Assembly (NCBI GenBank): GCA_026026165.1
Contig: JAPEUD010000009.1
Location: 186,001-250,000, forward strand
DNA: 64,000 nt
Direction: 5' to 3'
From: Sarea resinae
Taxonomy: Eukaryota
The position numbers and the translations under genes were made by a program. The notes beneath the pieces are model-generated. The model ran no database searches, was not told the origin of the DNA, and saw only the letters and a list, made by a program, of their open reading frames with translations. This document shows positions 10,652 through 24,886 of this stretch, piece by piece. Position 1 is the stretch's first letter. The number at the start of each line of letters is the position of its first letter.

Positions 10652-12791
10652 ATGTCTGCTTCGTCTTCGCCTTTGTCGTCGGTGCCATCGTCCGATGATG
10701 AGCTGTCTCCTCCGCCGGAATCGCTGAGAAGCTCGAAAGCAGATCTCTCGGATAGTCATGGTGCGCTCGATAGCTCGCGCGAGAGCTCCCCAGCGCAACC
10801 AGATAGACCAGAGTCACCGCCCCACGAATACGTCCTCGCCGACAATCCTGACATCGCTGTAAGCAAATTGAATCCCTAGCCAGCTGCCTGACGCGTAATT
10901 ATATGCCTGAAGCCGTTGCTGACTACAGATGTCCGCCTAGTTCATCGTCATGTTCCGTTCCCGCTTCGCCCAAGTTTTCCCCAAAACTTTGCCCAACTTT
11001 GGCCCTCAGGACATAGAATCAGGAGTGGTGGACTCTGTGGCTGGAGAACAAGTTGAGAATCTGCTTTGCGCGCTGGTCAGCTTGGTGTTGAACCGGAAGA
11101 AATTCGTGGAGTGAGTACAGAGCTGGGATAGCAGGTCTTCCAGCTAGGCGCCTGGCATGTCATACGTCTCCATTGGCCAAATGCTAATATTTCCGGTGCG
11201 CTCAAAGGAGAGGACATCATTTACGGGCTCTGGAGGAGTGCATTCTATCACAGAAGCATCAATGGCCGGCCGCTTGGAAAGGTGCCAACCCACTATCAGG
11301 AGGGAGGAGCTTTACGACCATGACACCAAGTGAAAAGGTAATTGTAGAATGGTCTTCTGCGATATAGATACTAATAAGCTCTACAGCTCATTCTTCTGAA
11401 AGCACTGATCCTATGGGCTTTGAGCTCCTCAGAAGCCATCCAGGCTATAATAAAAGATTCCTACAAGCAAGCGCGGCACGATGATGATCTCAACCAGCCT
11501 TTATCCGTACAGCCTTGGGGCCGAGATAGTGCCAAGCGGAGATATTGGCTTATTGAAGGGCTGGATGATACATATTTCAGACTATATCGAGAGAGCAGTA
11601 CTACGGCAGCGGAGAACACTTGGAGGAGTATCGCAGGAAGCATCGAAGACCTAAAAGTCATTGCGGCGAAGCTGAGTGCAGAAAAGGGCCAAGCCGCCAG
11701 GAGACTCAGTGATAGAATATCTGCTGCAATTCCCAGGTTTGAGTCGACAGAGGAGGTACGGTTCGCAGCGAATGTGTGCTTGGACTATGCTGATTTATGA
11801 ACAGAAGAGGAAGCGTCGCGAATACCGGCAATCACGGAAAAATCAATTCCGCCGACCAGAGCCAGGATTTTCTCTCTACGAAGGAAGGACTAGAGGAAAG
11901 CGGATGAGATATACTTTCTCGGACGATGAAGACGATTCAGACTCCACTTCCAACCGCCGCTCCACCCGTCAATCCGGTAACTCCACACCTGCAGAGCCAG
12001 CTGGCCCAACCTTTACAGCCAGTGGACGACAGGTCAAACCCAGGCAAGGTGGTGCATATGGAGAAACGACATCGAATGATCAAAGCAGGAGAATATCCCC
12101 TTCGAGCGGCGTTATTCAGCGGAAAGATGACCCAGAGGAGATTCTTCGAAACGCCAGTGGTCGGCCCCAACGCTCTGGACGGTCTGGTTTGAGACAAGAG
12201 CTCGACGGCTGGACTAAAGGCGGTGACCACATTGAGGGATATAACTCCGTGGACGAAATCGAAGAAGAAGAAGATGCTGCGTCCAGTGGCAACGAGTGGG
12301 ACGGAGGTGAAGACGACGACGATCATGCTCAGGACCTCCTTTCGGACGGTGATGGACAAGATGACGAACTGTCCGAGGAGGATGAAGACATGGACGATGT
12401 GGATATGGATGAGGACACCAGAGGCAGTCTTGTGGTGCAGCTCCGATATAATCAAACACCTGAGAAGACTACCGACAGCACCGAAGAACAGCAAACCGAG
12501 GCTACAAAGTCAGAGCCCAAGGAGAGCAGCGAGAGCAAGCCTCCTGGGGGTGGTGATGCCAAAATAAAGCCCGAGTTCATCAGCAACGGCTACCATTCTG
12601 CGACGACGTCGGTCAAAGACTGGTCCGATACTAAATCCCTCAACGGGCCGGCAGGAGCAGGAGCAGCTCCAGCATCCATTCCGCCTCCCCTGCCTCCGGC
12701 ACATTCCTCCTTGGATCCCAAGCAATCAGAAGAAGCTCTTCTGTCGACCAAAGTGCTTCCCGAACCGGCGGCTTCTTCAGGACCGCCGTGA
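10652..12791 (+). CDS. WHIM1/WSD-domain chromatin-remodelling-associated protein
   Basis: Five exons (10652-10858, 10941-11110, 11208-11337, 11387-11755, 11805-12791) splice in frame: PPHEYVLADNPDIAFIVMFRSRF, LILLKALILWAL, QPWGRDSAKRRYWLIEG, YEGRTRGKRMRYTFSD, acidic disordered tail. Confidence 0.82.
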
Positions 12792-13328
12792 CAGTTTCGC
12801 GATCCAGTCTGTTTCATGTGCTTTCAACTCATTTCCGGCTCGATTTGTGGGAAATCGAAAAGCGCCGGCTGTGAAAATGTAACGAGCGAGCTTACCTGTT
12901 TTCATCTCATTACTAGATCAAAGATTCCCCGGGCTATTTGTAAGTGCGTGGACGGTTCAAAATATGGTCGAGTCTTGCGGCGTCCTTTTTCTTCCTACGT
13001 TCTACAACGGGCTAGATGTTACTTGAATGTCTAAATGAAGTCTTCCCTAGGCAGTCTTTCAAAAGCAACAGTTCTCAACACTCGATCAGATATGATGCTC
13101 TCATCATTGTGCGATAATTGACCCTCTTTCTCGTGAATTTGAGATGGAGCTAGAACGCCGCAGTTGCTTCATATATACACCACCCTAAAAGTTCTATGCA
13201 CGAGGCAAAGTTTCTCAAAACCCTGATGAACATGTCCAATGCAGAAACGCCGCGTATATGCAATGAGCGTAGCAAATCCATGCCCTGCTCCTCTCTTCCT
13301 CCGTCTCAGGATAGCAAAGGCCCTGAGG

Positions 13329-14298
13329 CTAATCGGTACTCGCGTTGCCAAATTGCGTCTTATAATACTACCACCCAATCATCCAGCGATTAGCCCATGA
13401 AAGTCTCAAATACTATCCGCATAGATCCTTTTCGACACCGAACCACCAAACCACTATCACCCTTCCACCCCATCCAAAACGTATAGGTCAGAGGAAAAAG
13501 AAGCTTACCTCACCGATCTTACCCGCAAACTTCCTATCCCTCAATTTCGTCGCCGCGGACGCAGCTGCAGACTTGGGAGGGGGGATCTCCCAATTATTGA
13601 CGCCCCACCACCAGCGCCGGATGCGCGAGCCGACAGTCTGTCCGCTAAACTGTGCGCTCCGGTTCCAGTGGTGCCAGCCTGCTAGAACCAGGTTCCAGAG
13701 CATGCCTTGCACGAGCGGGAGGAAGACCTGATTGTTGTTCGGAGCCAAGTTAGCGGATGGATGTCGGGCCTTGGGTCTTCTTTCTTTCTTTCTTTGTTTC
13801 CTTCTAGGACAGGGCAGAGCGGGGCAGAGCAGAGCAGAGCAGAGAGTGTATCTAGTGGATAGGGAGGCGATGAATGGAAGAAGACATTACCTGGTCGCGC
13901 ATGGTGATGTACCCCACAGCACCCCATCCGTTCGCAGCCTCGATGCTCTTCAGATAGCTCTGCTCGAACCTCAGATCCGGCAGCGGCGGCAGACCCGGCC
14001 GTCGCGGTCGCGCCTCCAGCACCGACACGGGGATATCATCCACCCCCATTTCTTCTTCCAGCTCCTCCTCCTCGTCGTCCTCGTCGAGCTCGATGCCTTC
14101 GATTTCTTCTTCCTCTTCCTCCTCGGAGACCGCGTGACCCTGGCGATCGTGTGGGGCGTACGAGGGCGACGACAGCGTCACGGGCTCTTTCCTGCTCGCG
14201 GCCGTCGAGGGGTTCATGTCGTGTGCGGGCGAGGGAGAGCGATTGAGCGACGCAGATTGCAGCGTCGATGCCAGCTCCATGGCGGGGTTTGAGGCCAT
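13329..14298 (-). CDS. DUF1770-family fungal protein
   Basis: Exons 14298-13891, 13727-13509, 13367-13329; LPPLPDLRFEQSYLKSI, RDQVFLPLVQGMLWNL, RIRRWWWGVNNW. Confidence 0.8.
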
Positions 14299-15208
14299 CG
14301 CGGGCGTCCTTTGGGGGAGGGGGAACTGCTTGGTCCCTCGAGTCTCACGTCGTGATCGAAGAAGCTGTGAGAAGCGGAACAGTGGGCGAGAGACGTGGAC
14401 GTGCGGTGCGGTGGTCAATTGATTGAATGATTGACTTGACTGTTGACAGCTATCGTGATGCACTTCCGCTTTCCGCGATGTTGGCGACCCGACGCCTGGT
14501 CGCTCGGTCGGCATCCTGCGCTTATGGTGCCCCCACCGTACTCATTTTCATCCTTCAGGGAAAAAGCAAGCCTTCAACACAGGTTTATGGCAGTCAAACT
14601 AGCTGAATCTGGAACCATGGTGTAATGGTTATCACGTTTCCTTTACAGGATGTTTCTTTCATCTTGATTACGATCGGAAAAGGCTCTGAGTTCGATCCTC
14701 AGTGGTTTCAATTTTTTTGGGCTTCTGGAACCAACCACCAATGCACCCGAGTCGTGGTACCGATCACACCGCTCATGACTTACCTACTTTTTCCTACGGA
14801 CTTGCTCTACATTTTGTTTCACATGCCATTCATCTCTGGAACGGACCCGAAGAGTGCTCAAAAAGCGAGATATATATTATGACATCAGATCTCATAGGTG
14901 CTTTATAGCTTTACTTCGTAGAGCTATAATTCCCTGCGGAGCGTTAGGAAATAGGGAACCGTTACGCATCTTTCTACCCATCTACCATATCAAACTACAC
15001 TACTGTCAAGATTATAGAAATAGCGACCCCAATTTCCAGCCATAGATAATACATAGTCAAATGAAAAGACTTCCTCCATGCCTCAATATCCCCATGCCAC
15101 CCGTCCCTTTGCATCAACAAGCGCCTATTGAAACGTGAAAGTAAAAGTAAAAGGGAAGCATGCATCCCTAAGGGCCCTGCTGCCTTCTGTGGTGGACGAG
15201 GACAAAAA

Positions 15209-18200
15209 TCAGTCCTCGTCCTCATCTGCCGCCGCAGAGGGAGACGCCTCAGCCATCGGAGTATCCTCAGCCGATGCAGTGTCGCCATTTGTGGGAGCAC
15301 CCGTAGCATCTTCTTCCGCATCTTCATCGTCGTCATCGGCGATGCGTCGAGAAACCTTCTTTCTTGGGGCAACGACAGCGGGCTCCTCAACCTCATCATC
15401 ATCGCCAGAAGGAGCAGCAGATTCGTCCCGTATGGCTTCATCTGCAGAGCTCTCGGCTCCACCGTTGGCCTGGACTTCCTCTTCGCTGTCACTCTCGACC
15501 ACAATCTCGGACGACTTGTATTTGGCGGTATCCCTCGCTTTCGCCTTCGCCTTCGTCTTCCTCTCGAGCTTCCGCTTCTTCTTGGGCTGAGGTCTCTCGT
15601 CATCGGTAGAAGCAGCGGTGCTGCTTGACGCAGTGCTCTTACCCCGTGCCTTCCGTCCGGTGTCCCTATCCGACCCCTCAGAGTCACTCTCGTCTCCCTT
15701 CTTCTTCCTCTTTCCACCAGCGCGCTTCTTCTTTCTCCGCTTCTCGCCGGTTTCATCATCGACACTGAAGTCGGCCTCATCTCTGGCCCGCTCCTCCTCA
15801 GCTCGCTTCTCCGCAAGCTCTCTGTCCTTCTCAAGAATCTTCTGCCTCTCCTCTGCAATCTTCCGCTTGTGCTCGAGCGCGACCTCTTCCGCTTTTCTCT
15901 TCTCATCCTCGCGACGCTTGAGGTCTGCCTCCCGCAGCTCCCTGGCCTGTTGGAGCTTGGCCATGTTGTTCTCCTCATACTCCTTCTGGCCAGCCAACGC
16001 TCTCTCGAGCTGTCTCCGCATTGTATTTCGGCCCATGTTTGCGCGCTGCTCAATGTCATGCTTGGGATAAGGTGGGTTCTTGGAATTTGCGATTTCGGTC
16101 AAGGATTCGATAGCCATATCCAAACCATCGGCAGCGGCCTGAACCTCTTCGACTGTACGTTGAGTCTCGGGAAGACTGTAGATCAGTTGGGCGAGCTGAA
16201 TCTGGACGAAGGCAACGTTGAACTTGAAATGGATCTGCTCAGGTGCGATCTCGAGAGACTACAATGATCAGTACAAGTGAAACAAAGTAGATATAGAATG
16301 CTTACTCGTTGTGAGTACTCGAGAGAATGCCTCATCGCTTGAACATTCTTATCTTGTTTTCCTTTCTGTAGCCACACTCGTCCCAGACAAGCTAAGATCT
16401 GCGGATCGTTTGCTCTATCTTTGGCAAGAGCAGTCTCATACTATCTTCGTCAGTCACTCTCCTTCAGGAAAATTCATCCAACTTACATTCTCAATAGCTC
16501 TTGAATATTGCTTGAGCTCAGCATAGACATGACCTAAGTTGATGTAAACACTAGCGTCTCTGACTGTCTCTCTGACCCTCGTAAACATTTGTACGGCTGC
16601 GCCAAACTCTTTTTTGTCCTCAACTAAGCAGATACCCACACCTTGCGCAGCGTAGGCATTCTTAGGGTCCAGCTGCAGTGCCTTGTCGAAGAATTCGACA
16701 GCCTTCTCGTAAGTTTTTCTTCGCTTCTCTTTGTCCTGGTCTGTATCCCTTTTCATCTCGCGAGCCGTCGTAAGATAAAGATTTCCCATTCCAGTCAGGG
16801 AATAGCGATCGTGTTTATCGTGATGCTGAAGACTATGCTTGTAATGACGTTGTTCTGGATCTTCCGCGATATTCAATGCTCTCTTCTTCGATTTGCTGAG
16901 ATACCAGCCGTATAACGCTCGCACTTCGAGATTAGTATAATCGGCTTGGTAGAGCTTAGCAGCCGCTTTAGGGCCTTCATCCGTAGGACTCTGCCGTAGC
17001 GCGATATATGCAAGGCGGGTATTAGCATCAGTGTAGTCCTCATGCCGCGCTAGAAGACCTTGATAGACCTGCTTAGCTTCATCAAGTAATGTTGCCGCCT
17101 CATAAGTTCGGGCAAGATTATAGCTGATGGTCGTCACAAGCGCATCAGTATCGATAGAACTGTCCTTCTCGCCCACCTTCACGCAAGCATTAAGCGCTGT
17201 TTGGAAGGACTCTCTTGCCAGATCGAACTTTTCCGCCTGGTAATGAAAGCAGCCGATGTTGTTCAAGAGTTGAGGGGGTAGGTTCTCTCTAAGCGCCGCC
17301 AAGCGTGCGCTTTCATCCTCAGTATCCTCGGGGCGCTCCTCTTCTGGTATCTGATCTAGCTCCATCTGCTCAACTTGCTGTAGGCATTGCAGACTCTTGT
17401 CTGGGTGGTCGGCCTCGTAAAGTCGCGCGAGATTTAGCAGCACGGACGAGTCTGGGGTCAGATGCTTCTTCGGGTCTTTCCAAGCCATTCGCACGGTCTC
17501 GAGCAATGCAATGGCTTTTTTGAGCTCACCAGATTTGTCCTCCTTGTAGCCAGTGGCCTGATTTGTGAAGAAATCTTCGGCATATAAAGCGCCAAGGAGG
17601 GTCATTGCCTCGATGCTCTTCGATGATTGGATGATTTTCTCCAGTCGAAATTTGGCCCCGTCAAAGTCCTGCATGAGAACTTGCAGTTGCGCTACTCCAA
17701 ATTTGGCTGGGAGATAGCCGTTGTCGCCGCCTCCTCTGGCTTGATCAGCCTTTTGGTAGAATTCGCTTGCTCGGGATAGCTGCTCATCGTAATGCTCCTT
17801 CTTTGCCAGCAAGAACCAGCCATCACTGGCAATGGCATTGACATCTGTAAGCTCTATTGCTTTCCGCGCAAGATTTTCAACAGTAGGCATAGCTTTTCGT
17901 GAGAGAAAGTACTGCCCAAATGTTGCACATGTCAAAGGAAGTTCCTTATCGAGCTTGAAGGCCTTTTGCGTATACTGAGTCATTGCCTTTTTGTACAGTT
18001 GCACGAATTCGGGGTCCGTAGTCGAGTGCTGCGAGCTAGAATTGAGATAGTATAAAGCGAGAAGGATGTTCGCAATTTTCGAGTTTGGGCTAACTTCCAG
18101 CGCCCTGTCCCATGCGGCTCGAGCATCGTCCTTGAATCCAAGCTGCCATAGACAGCAGCCTATGCCTATTCGCGGGTCTGGATCGGTCAGGTCGGGCATC

Positions 18201-18997
18201 TTCGAAAGGACTTCTTGGTACCCTTCCAGTGCTTGGGCATACTTCCCAAGGGAGAAGAGCACTCGAGCCTTTCCTAACAGTGCCATCATGTTCCTCCCAT
18301 TAGACACTTCTAGGGCATCTTTGAAGAATTTGAGTGCTTGTCGCAACGTCTCGGTGCGCTCAGACTGGTCTTGCGATCCGGCCACTGAAGACTTCGCAGG
18401 CGGCTGCAGCGAAGCGCGCAGGAGGCAAAGCACTCCTCGAGCGAGAAACAAAGGAGGAAATCTCTCATTGATCCGGGTTGCTTCATTGAGAGTAGCAGTA
18501 CATGCTTGTAGGTAGAAGTCCTTCGTCCTTGCCTCGGAGACCAACTGTCCGTCTGTGTTCAAGTCAGCCACAGGTCACAGAATGGGCCATTTCTACTGAC
18601 CGGGTACCATCCTCGGCGCACTCCGGCTTTTCACAAGATATAACCAGCAAAGACAGCTTAGCAAGCTAAGCTTCTCCTTGGAAGGGCCCCTAGAAAGAGC
18701 ACCCAGGCCCTTGCTCAGCACATCAATCGCCAGATCAACCTTCCCTTGCTTCGCATATGACAGAGCGATCAGCATCCAATACTGTCTCGCGGCACCTTCA
18801 TTCTCAAGCAGTGTACACAGCTCTGTCGGGTCATCAGGAAGACCTTCGAGATCAACTTCGACAGCCTCTTCGGTGTAATCTCCTCGTACAGGAATCTCGA
18901 TCGCAGAAGGGACATCCGAAAAGCGCTGGCTTGCTGCACTCAAGTCTGATGCATACGCTGAAGCGTGCCCATTCTGCCCATTGCGAACTGCCGCCAT
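15209..18997 (-). CDS. CTR9: Paf1 complex TPR subunit Ctr9
   Basis: Exons 18997-18601, 18552-16487, 16440-16306, 16258-15209; many TPRs (DPRIGIGCCLWQLG, LQLDPKNAYAAQG, YINLGHVYAE) and a charged C-terminus with KYKSSEIVVESDSE. Confidence 0.93.
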
Positions 18998-19557
18998 GGT
19001 GAGAGATTGAGGTTGAGGATGAAGAGGAATTGACAGCGAAAAGGTGTTTCAAGTCGCGCGATGGTCTCAAGTGGTGGCGCACTATGACCTTGATCTCATT
19101 GGACCATCAAGGCGCGAAAGGCCATTGAAGTTTCCTTGCTGGAATCGGAGATGAAGGCCCTTGCCTCATGTGGATGTGAATAGTGGAAGATATTGAAGGT
19201 GTTCGAATCGCCAACTTGAAGGGTGATGGTCGACAGTGCCCGTAACTGGGTTATCGGAATAACACTCGGCCCGCGAAAGGCCGTCATCCTAACCGGATCG
19301 GGCCATTTTTCTCCAGCAGATTTCATCCTATTGACAGTCGTTGACAGTCCACGTCTTATAATGACACAATATCTTACGGATTCAGTTTGATTTGACTTGA
19401 CTTCTCTAGAGGGACTGATTCCCTCATCCTTTACTCCTAGGTAGCTGGTAGTCCTCCCAATCGCTCCACAAACCAGTGCTCATGCATCCTCTATTCCCCT
19501 AAACTCCTTCCTAGTTGAAACGTGACATCGTAATACACAGCCTTAGAGACCCGCTTG

Positions 19558-21008
19558 TCATCTGTCAAGATCCCTCGTACTCAACACCAGATTGTAAGTC
19601 TTCACGATGACATTTACCACCAGCCCAAAGGCGGCTAATCCGACAAAGACTTGTCCAACTTCCCAGAAATGTTTCGGTTTGACTTCTGTCTCGATGAAAC
19701 CCGATCCGTGGATGGGTTTGAGCTCCGTCCCTCCGTCTGCTGTGCCAAAGCTCTCGCCGTCATCTGCGGGAAATCTCCCATTTTGCATGTAATGCTCCAG
19801 CAGATCGTCCTTCTCAATCCAACGCTGTTGAAGCCATACTTCAAAAGCTTTAGCGTCGTCCAGGGGAATAGATGACACAGCGAACCGTCGCCAGTACATG
19901 TTGACTGACTTAGGAGGTCGTCCCTGGAAGTAAGTTGAGCGAAGAGTGAAAAGATCCTGTCCATATTTGCCTCTCCTAGTTCAATCAGTCAGCGCCACTT
20001 TCTCGGTGGGCACCGGGTGATACTGACGGAATCCCTTCGTAGGCAACCGTGCAGTCGTAGACCCAATCAACCGTCCCTTTGAGCTCCTGTAAAGTGAAAA
20101 GCAATCCTGTACTGCGAGGGAGCAACTGATGGCGAAGATCCTCTAGGCCCTCCTTATCTGCCCATCTTTTGCTTGCTGCTCTTCCATTATTAGACAGATT
20201 TGTTCCCTCTGGAAAGATCATCAGCCACATTGGGTCAAGTGATTGGGTACTAGACAGTGGCCCAGCATGTTCACCCTTGAGCTTCTGTAGACGATACTGA
20301 AACCGTGGTTTGTCCTTGGCCCAGTTGCGCGCCAGGAATATGAAGCGGTAAAACAGCATCCCGGGTCCTATCAACGGTAGGTATTTCAAGGACTCCTTGA
20401 GTATGATGAATATGTGCCCGTGCATACGATTGGTGTATGCGATCCACCATAGATAAAGCCAGTCCGAGTAGAGCTAGCAACATTAGGAATGTTATGTGTT
20501 GGCCTGAGGACCTTACCTGATGATTAGCAATAAGGACGATTCTCTCCGGAAAATGGCACTCTAGCCTTCCATCTTTGGCTTGTCTCAGTTGTCCTCGAAC
20601 ACTTTTGTCTCCGCTGATTCGCACAACCGTTGGGCTCCACCACTGGGTCATGAATGTTATTACAATCCCAAAGGATTGTTTCGTCATGGCCATATATGCG
20701 TAGAAGTAATCTTTGTTGATGAAATACAAAGGAGCGCCAATAATTTGCGTGATGTTTATACTAGAGACTATCAGGGAATCCAGAAATTGAGACCAAGAGA
20801 AATCTTACCTGACAAGGCAGGAGATGAAGTATAAACCGAAGGCCAACATTCGAAGAGATTGGTTGAAACCGCCATGCTTGACTTTTCCGCCTGGATGCGG
20901 CTCGTCCGCTTTCCCCGCCACGCCCGCACCGAGGTCGGGCAGTGGCTCCGGTACATATTGAGGATTCTCATCTTTCAAAGTTGAAGAAGACATGGCAGAT
21001 TCTCCCAT
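19558..21008 (-). CDS. Lysophospholipid acyltransferase (PlsC family, Cst26/lysocardiolipin acyltransferase-like)
   Basis: Multi-exon; acyltransferase motifs IANHQ..DW (split by an intron), FIFLARNW, IFPEGTN, LLPRSTG, VYDCTVAY, WIEKD. Confidence 0.9.
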
Positions 21009-24000
21009 GCCTCCTTGGGCGAAAAGTGGTTTGCTGTCTGCACGGCAACAGGCAAGAGGTATTGATATTTGTTGGGGTGCGCCGGAGATAAGCCGGGTCG
21101 CGTGCTGAGCTGCCCTGCCTAGATACCAACGAAAATCCCGGTCCAGCTGATCAACTGAACACCGTATTCGGCGACTTCAAGGGCAGCACAAACACAGCTG
21201 CACATATGAATCATATGGTGCGGAAGGAGGGCAGATGGGGATAACTGAAGCAAAGATGGAGAGCATCTACGTGGAAGACATGATATGAAGCATGGAAGCC
21301 CGATATTCGTCTAAACATCCAGTCTGACCGCCTGGTCTCGATGACGATGTTCGATTGATGGGCACCTACCGCAGTCAGATTCGCGCACGGACCAATATTA
21401 GAAAGCAGCTCTTCCTGAGCTTTCCTGCGTCCCGTAGTAATGCCAGGAAACATCCATTCATGGATATATAGGGTTGCCGTAGTCAGGACCGAGGGACTCT
21501 CATACAACATGGAAGCAGGCATATCTAAGAGAAAGAATCCGATGAGCGTTATCCACATACTGCGCAGTAGCCTGTCGCAACCAGGTTGTCCAATAATCGA
21601 TCTATTAGAATAATTTACATATCCCCTATTCAACAAGAATGAACCTGTAAGATGCAGTAATCGAAGGAAGTACATCCCTAGATTTGGTCGCTGTAAGCCT
21701 TTGAAATTACATCCGCGACGGAAAGGGAATTTCAATTTGAAGAGGCATGAATAGAGAAATCAGACCATCTCCTAAATCCAAATCAAGAGAGCGTACAAGC
21801 CTGCTTCGGCCATTCTCTTAAGGAATGCCAGCAATTAGTTGCTAACATGCTTAGGCAATATACTCCGGAAAAGTATCTACCTCGTAGGATAATAGCAGCA
21901 AACGCTCAAAGGATCAAGCATGTACTATGTAGACTGTCTCACCTAAAGAGCAAGGTGAAGCGTCTAGCGCGGTAGCTGGCTTTGCAGCAGAGGCGTGGAT
22001 CACGAGATTGTAACCCTCGACCACCTCTCCCAGGCTTGTCGTTCGATAGCTTCTCCTTGCGACTGTGTTCATGAGATCCTTCTCACACTTGAGTCTCCGT
22101 CGTTCTGTTCTGTGCGCAAAACTCCTGCCGAGAAATCCTCTTCCGATCCTGTCTTACCCGCTGACAGGGGGACGAGCGGGAACCCCGGATTCCAAAATGC
22201 GGCGATAACCTCCTTAGGCATCCTACGAACGGCACCGCATGCAAACGTTACCTATACAATAATTAGGGATTGAATTCGCAAGCCACCGGCATGCCAGATT
22301 AGGACTTCAAAGCCTCACAGCGCCATTGACAACGAACGATCACGGCTCAGGGGCTGGCGGCAGTCTAGCTGCGTGTGCAAGATTGGCAGCGTTAGTCAGG
22401 ATCTGGGGTATGACGGGAAGTACCAAAGCAGACCTATCCCGCATCGAGTCTCGAGCGTTTCTCCACGCGGGGCATAAGGCTCCGAACGCTTGTGACGCGT
22501 TGGGCCCAACAGCTATTTGGTAGCCCTCGAAGGACGAGGAACAATGATTCAACTTTACTTAGCCCAGACACCAGGTCCTGAATTGAACTATTCCAAGATG
22601 CTGCAAGACCTGTTCTTGATTGTTGCATGCATCTATTGTATGGCATAGTCTGTATGTAAGAAAGAGCGGCCGCTGGGGTAGAAAAAGCATTAAGCAGATA
22701 TGTACGTCCTTGGGTGCAGAGTAGGTGAACGAAGCTGGGGTGCCGGGTAAAGCGATAGTCACTTAGGTGATGAAGAAGTTGCTCAATAAGAGACGTAAGA
22801 TACAATAGTAGGTTTATCCGGAATTTGAGGCTTACATCTTGTTAGTCCGTAATGTGCTGTGATTTCCTAGTCTCCTAGAAGAGCCGATGCAGACTTCCAA
22901 TGGCAGGTGGGGTACGGGGTATGGGGAAGTGCATGGCCCGAAACAACACTAGACCTGGTCGCCGCGTGATAGGTGTGATTTTTGCATGTGAGTGCAAATT
23001 CCCGATGCGCAGGAAAAGGGTGGAACGCCGACCAGAAGCAGGAAACCTCAGCTGAAATAAGACTCGACGGAATTATTGTTCTTGCGATCGGGTGTCAGTC
23101 ATACTGTAGCTCCATCTGCGAATGTCAGGTTCTGATCACCCTGGGAGGGTTGGGCTCTTCTCAGCCTGGAGGCCCTGCATACATTCAGAAGGCTTGGGGT
23201 CTGGAAAGCTTGCCATCATTATTGATCTGTTTTTTGTTTTGTCTTGATATTCAAGTTCTTTCGGGCTTCTCTTGATTGGGGTGTATTGAGCACTACATAG
23301 TATGTAGACGATTGTAGACTTTTGACCCCAACGCCTGGGAGCTGGAGCCCGGGGCTGTCAGCTTGTAAGTCTGTCAAGAGAAATTACTGCGTATGAAATC
23401 AATTACTGACTTTAAAGGCGCTCAACAATATAACAGGCCGGATGAACATTGAATGCTGAGCTTCTTTAGACTACGTTTAACCCAAAGGTTCGATGCCGTC
23501 AGATGACTATGTTTTGGATAGGCTAAGCAATCGTCCCAGCGAGCTTCAAGCATTAAATCTAGCATCATAATGCGACCTGACCGGAAAACAACACCTCAGG
23601 TCGGAAATAATACTGGTATGGAGTAGAGTAGCAAGCAACTCGGCAAACTTGCAACTATAACCGATTCCTGGTGACAGAAGTGTAATGGAAAGCCTAAGCG
23701 AGTCAGATGTGCACCCTTGAACGTCATTGCTCGCGTCAAGGCTCAAAACCCTGTTTCATGCACGGGGGCAAACGCCCACGCCAACACCAAAGCGATGTGA
23801 AGATCTGCTCATCATCGGATTGAACAGCATCTTCAAAATCCCATTACACCAGCTGCATTCTGTTTGTTCGGCACTGCCTTGCCCTGCCTTGACTTGGCCA
23901 GCGTTTTTGTGATCGGTCTCAAGTGTTGTTATTGCTTGCCCGAGAGAGCGTCTGCACGTGAAGTCAGACTCGACCTGGAAGTGTTAATCTGAGAGCCGCA

Positions 24001-24028
24001 TTGCACGCAACTCTAAACTACGACGATC

Positions 24029-24886
24029 ATGGCGGAAATCCTGGGAGCGGTGCAGTCTACTGCGGGAGGTCTACTGTCGAAAGGCCAAGGGCTTCTAGAT
24101 CGCTTCTTCCCGCCAGAGAAGCGCGAAATATGGAAGGCGAAGCTCATGAAGTTTGCAACGGAGAAGCCTAAGCTTGCAGTAAGTCGAAGATCGTACCCTA
24201 CCTTGTTTTGGGAGGGATCTACGATGCTGATCGTAACCTTGTAAAAGTCGTTCCTTCTCTCGCAGCTGGCGATCACCGGCCTACCGCTCGTTTTGTTTGT
24301 GGTGATGACCATCGGCGTCTTTGTGTTTTCACTCGTTGTTGCTCTCGTCGTCGGTGTGCTCGCCGCGCTGCTCTTTACCGCCTTTTGCGTTGGAGTAGCG
24401 TTGCTGGTCCTTCTACCGACTTTATTTGTTACGACCTTTGGAGCAGCTTTCATATGGCTGTGGGGCGTCGGAGCGTATTATATCATGAAAGCGTTCAACA
24501 AGGTTGACATCCCCGGGCTCAGCAAGGGCGACGGCGACGGCGAGACGAGCCCTCTACCAGACTTGAACGGTCTTACCAAAGGCCAACCCGATCAGAACGG
24601 AAGCGCTGACAAGAAAAATGATGGAGAGAAAAAGAGTAATGGTGAACAGAACGACCATGCCAACGACCACAAGAAAACCAACGGCGAAAAGCCTTCTCCG
24701 CTCAAGAAGACTGCGGACGTCGGGAAGACGACAGGAGACGTCAAGAAAACTGCGGATGTGGGAAAGACCACTGATACGGTTAAGAAGACTGCCAATGTTG
24801 ACAAAGCTGCGGATGTTGGCAATGCGACCAAAGGAGTCGGAGACGTCAAGAATAAAGCTGGGGGCTTGGCCGGAGGAGCTCTATAG
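24029..24886 (+). CDS. Promethin/LDAF1-family lipid-droplet membrane protein
   Basis: Exons 24029-24178 and 24248-24886; FPPEKRE..KPKLASFLLSQLAITGLPLVLF, a long uninterrupted hydrophobic stretch ending FIWLWG, then a repetitive hydrophilic tail. Confidence 0.8.

Noticed and set aside
22340..22552. IAVGPNASQAFGAL resembling a FAD-monooxygenase motif
   Set aside because: No GxGxxG or other family motifs in the flanking frames; too short to support a pseudogene call.
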